A DNA stretch of 63,094 nucleotides, the filler included, from an uncultured bacterium (GTDB taxonomy: Bacteria; Auribacterota; CAZIXI01), in the NCBI GenBank assembly GCA_964543115.1. It is 9 parts of 9 records of this genome, joined end to end, with 100 filler letters (N's around TTAATTAATTAA, not from the genome) between each part and the next. Parts side by side here need not be neighbours in the genome. Positions count along the whole stretch, not along the records: positions 56,398 to 63,094 come from CAZIXI010000188.1; 8 more parts are not named here. The stretch is one strand, 5' to 3'. Made by a program: the position numbers and the translations under genes. Every line of letters begins with the position of its first letter. The stretch's first letter is position 1. Positions 61,872-63,094 of the stretch are shown piece by piece. The notes below the pieces were generated by a model. That model was not told the DNA's origin. It ran no database searches and saw only the letters and a program-made list of their open reading frames with translations.

Positions 61872-62293
61872 TATTCTCCAATAAACTGCAATACCACCCT
61901 TCTCTGCCGCGGGCGGCTATCGAATTCCAGAAAAATTATCTGCTGCCAGGTGCCCAGCAAAAGTTCTCCTTTGCTAAAGGGCACGGTTAAGGAAGGCCCC
62001 TGCAGAGACGCGCGCAGATGGGAAAAGCCGTTGGCATCTCCCCAGGTCAGGTCATGGGCGTAGGATTTTTTTCGGGGAATGATTTTCTCATAGAACTCCG
62101 GCAGGTCCTTAATCAGCCCTGATTCGTATTCCACAGTGGTCAACGCGCCGGTAGAACCGATAACGAAAACAGTAACGATCCCGCTTGCTAAACCGGCCCG
62201 ATCCAGCTCCTCCTGTACCCGGCCGGTCAGGTCCTTAATATCATCCGCGCCGCTGGTGCGGAAAGTAATCTCTTTTGTTATTACCTTACTCAC
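61871..62293 (-). CDS. yjbQ: YjbQ/UPF0047 family protein
   Basis: GSTGALTTVEYE, SHLRASLQGPS, LGTWQQI..LEFDSRPR.R. Confidence 0.88.
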   Translation of the reverse strand: MSKVITKEITFRTSGADDIKDLTGRVQEELDRAGLASGIVTVFVIGSTGALTTVEYESGLIKDLPEFYEKIIPRKKSYAHDLTWGDANGFSHLRASLQGPSLTVPFSKGELLLGTWQQIIFLEFDSRPRQRRVVLQFIGE

Positions 62294-63011
62294 GGCTCTC
62301 TCTTACCAGAATATGATCATCTCCCGGGCGTTTCGTTCCCCGATCGCCAATACTACAGATAGCTCCCCCGCTTGCACTGCCGGCATCATATTTACCGCCA
62401 TTGGGACAGATTAATGATTGCTGAAGATATCCGTTATCGATCAGCACATCCAGGGATACTTGATCGCCGGCAGGAAGATTATTGTCGATAGTATACTCCT
62501 TCGTGGCATAGGCTATCATCTTAAGATTATTCTGACAAACTTTACTCTGCGCCGCTTCCCGGGCCGTAACAAAACTGGGGATAGCGATTGCCGCCATCAG
62601 ACCAAGGAAAACAATCATACAGGGAACGAGCAGCATAACCACAATCGCGGCAACGGCGCAGCCCGGCCGGGAGGGAAACACCAGGGTGCCGGCATTGATT
62701 TTATCAGCCGTCTGGTAGGCGTCAATAATCCCGTAGATCCAGGGAATAATCAGCCAACTGGTGAAAAATATAAGCAATCCCTTACCCGCCTGGCCATTAT
62801 AGATCTGGCCCAGGCCGGCAATAAAAAAACTCATAAAAGCGGCCAGCACCGGTGATTTCGCCTGTTTGACTTTGGCCTCAACTTTTCCGGCAATACATTT
62901 CTTACAGTATAACTCACCGCCGCTTTCTACTTTACATTCATTACAAATTGCTTTTCCGCAGGCAATACAAATTCCCGTACTAGCAACGTTTGGATGATTA
63001 ACACAACTCAT
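62286..63011 (-). CDS. Zn-finger + TM2-like + type IV pilin-like fusion membrane protein
   Basis: CVNHP...CIACGKAICNEC...CKKC, then GLGQIYNGQ, then MAAIAIPSF..AR....CQNNLK...CPNGGKY. Confidence 0.7.
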   Translation of the reverse strand: MSCVNHPNVASTGICIACGKAICNECKVESGGELYCKKCIAGKVEAKVKQAKSPVLAAFMSFFIAGLGQIYNGQAGKGLLIFFTSWLIIPWIYGIIDAYQTADKINAGTLVFPSRPGCAVAAIVVMLLVPCMIVFLGLMAAIAIPSFVTAREAAQSKVCQNNLKMIAYATKEYTIDNNLPAGDQVSLDVLIDNGYLQQSLICPNGGKYDAGSASGGAICSIGDRGTKRPGDDHILVRESRE

Positions 63012-63094
63012 GTTTACTCTCCTTTGGCTGTTAACCGAAACAAGTCATACCCTTCATCCAGCCGGGCCAAAAATTTCAGACTGAATGTCCGGAA

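Noticed and set aside
1..63094. tRNA, rRNA, cas, or intact transposase/integrase genes
   Set aside because: None were recognised on either strand by inspection. The 13-nt 16S-complementary word at 60275 is isolated and is not an rRNA gene.

Overview
This window is not one continuous locus. It is nine unrelated contigs of about 7 kb each, joined by artificial 100-nt linkers (44 N + TTAATTAATTAA + 44 N). The complete contigs fall in descending length order (7112, 6975, 6974, 6880, 6865, 6851, 6827 nt), as in a concatenated MAG, so no adjacency across a linker can be trusted. The gene content (LptD, Pmp-like beta-helix proteins, a TIGR02597-like protein, pilin-like fusions, fragments of giant genes) suggests a diderm anaerobe of the PVC superphylum, possibly Ca. 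Omnitrophota; this is inference. Contig 8 may have a different origin. Housekeeping content: FMN riboswitch-ribBA-ribH-nusB-PHP-ftsY, a split Fe-S fumarase, trpE/trpG, lptD, mutM, ispA, thpR-recA, eda, uppP, yjbQ, two-component, HD-GYP and CHASE2 signalling genes, and a polyprenyl-phosphate sugar transfer cluster. Most interesting: (1) a >2300-aa fragment of a giant protein with three copies of an unassigned ~220-aa domain (starting VVSSRLG, containing HEGTE), each followed by a different 40-aa HEAT-like array; (2) a >2200-aa acidic YD/Rhs-like giant protein missing from the ORF track, with a frameshift; (3) a decayed integron-like cassette array with three attC-like remnants, a MITE-like insertion and a possible integrase stub; (4) an inverted heptamer-array repeat family on three separate contigs; (5) two sigma-54 promoters for secreted proteins that share a candidate enhancer motif.
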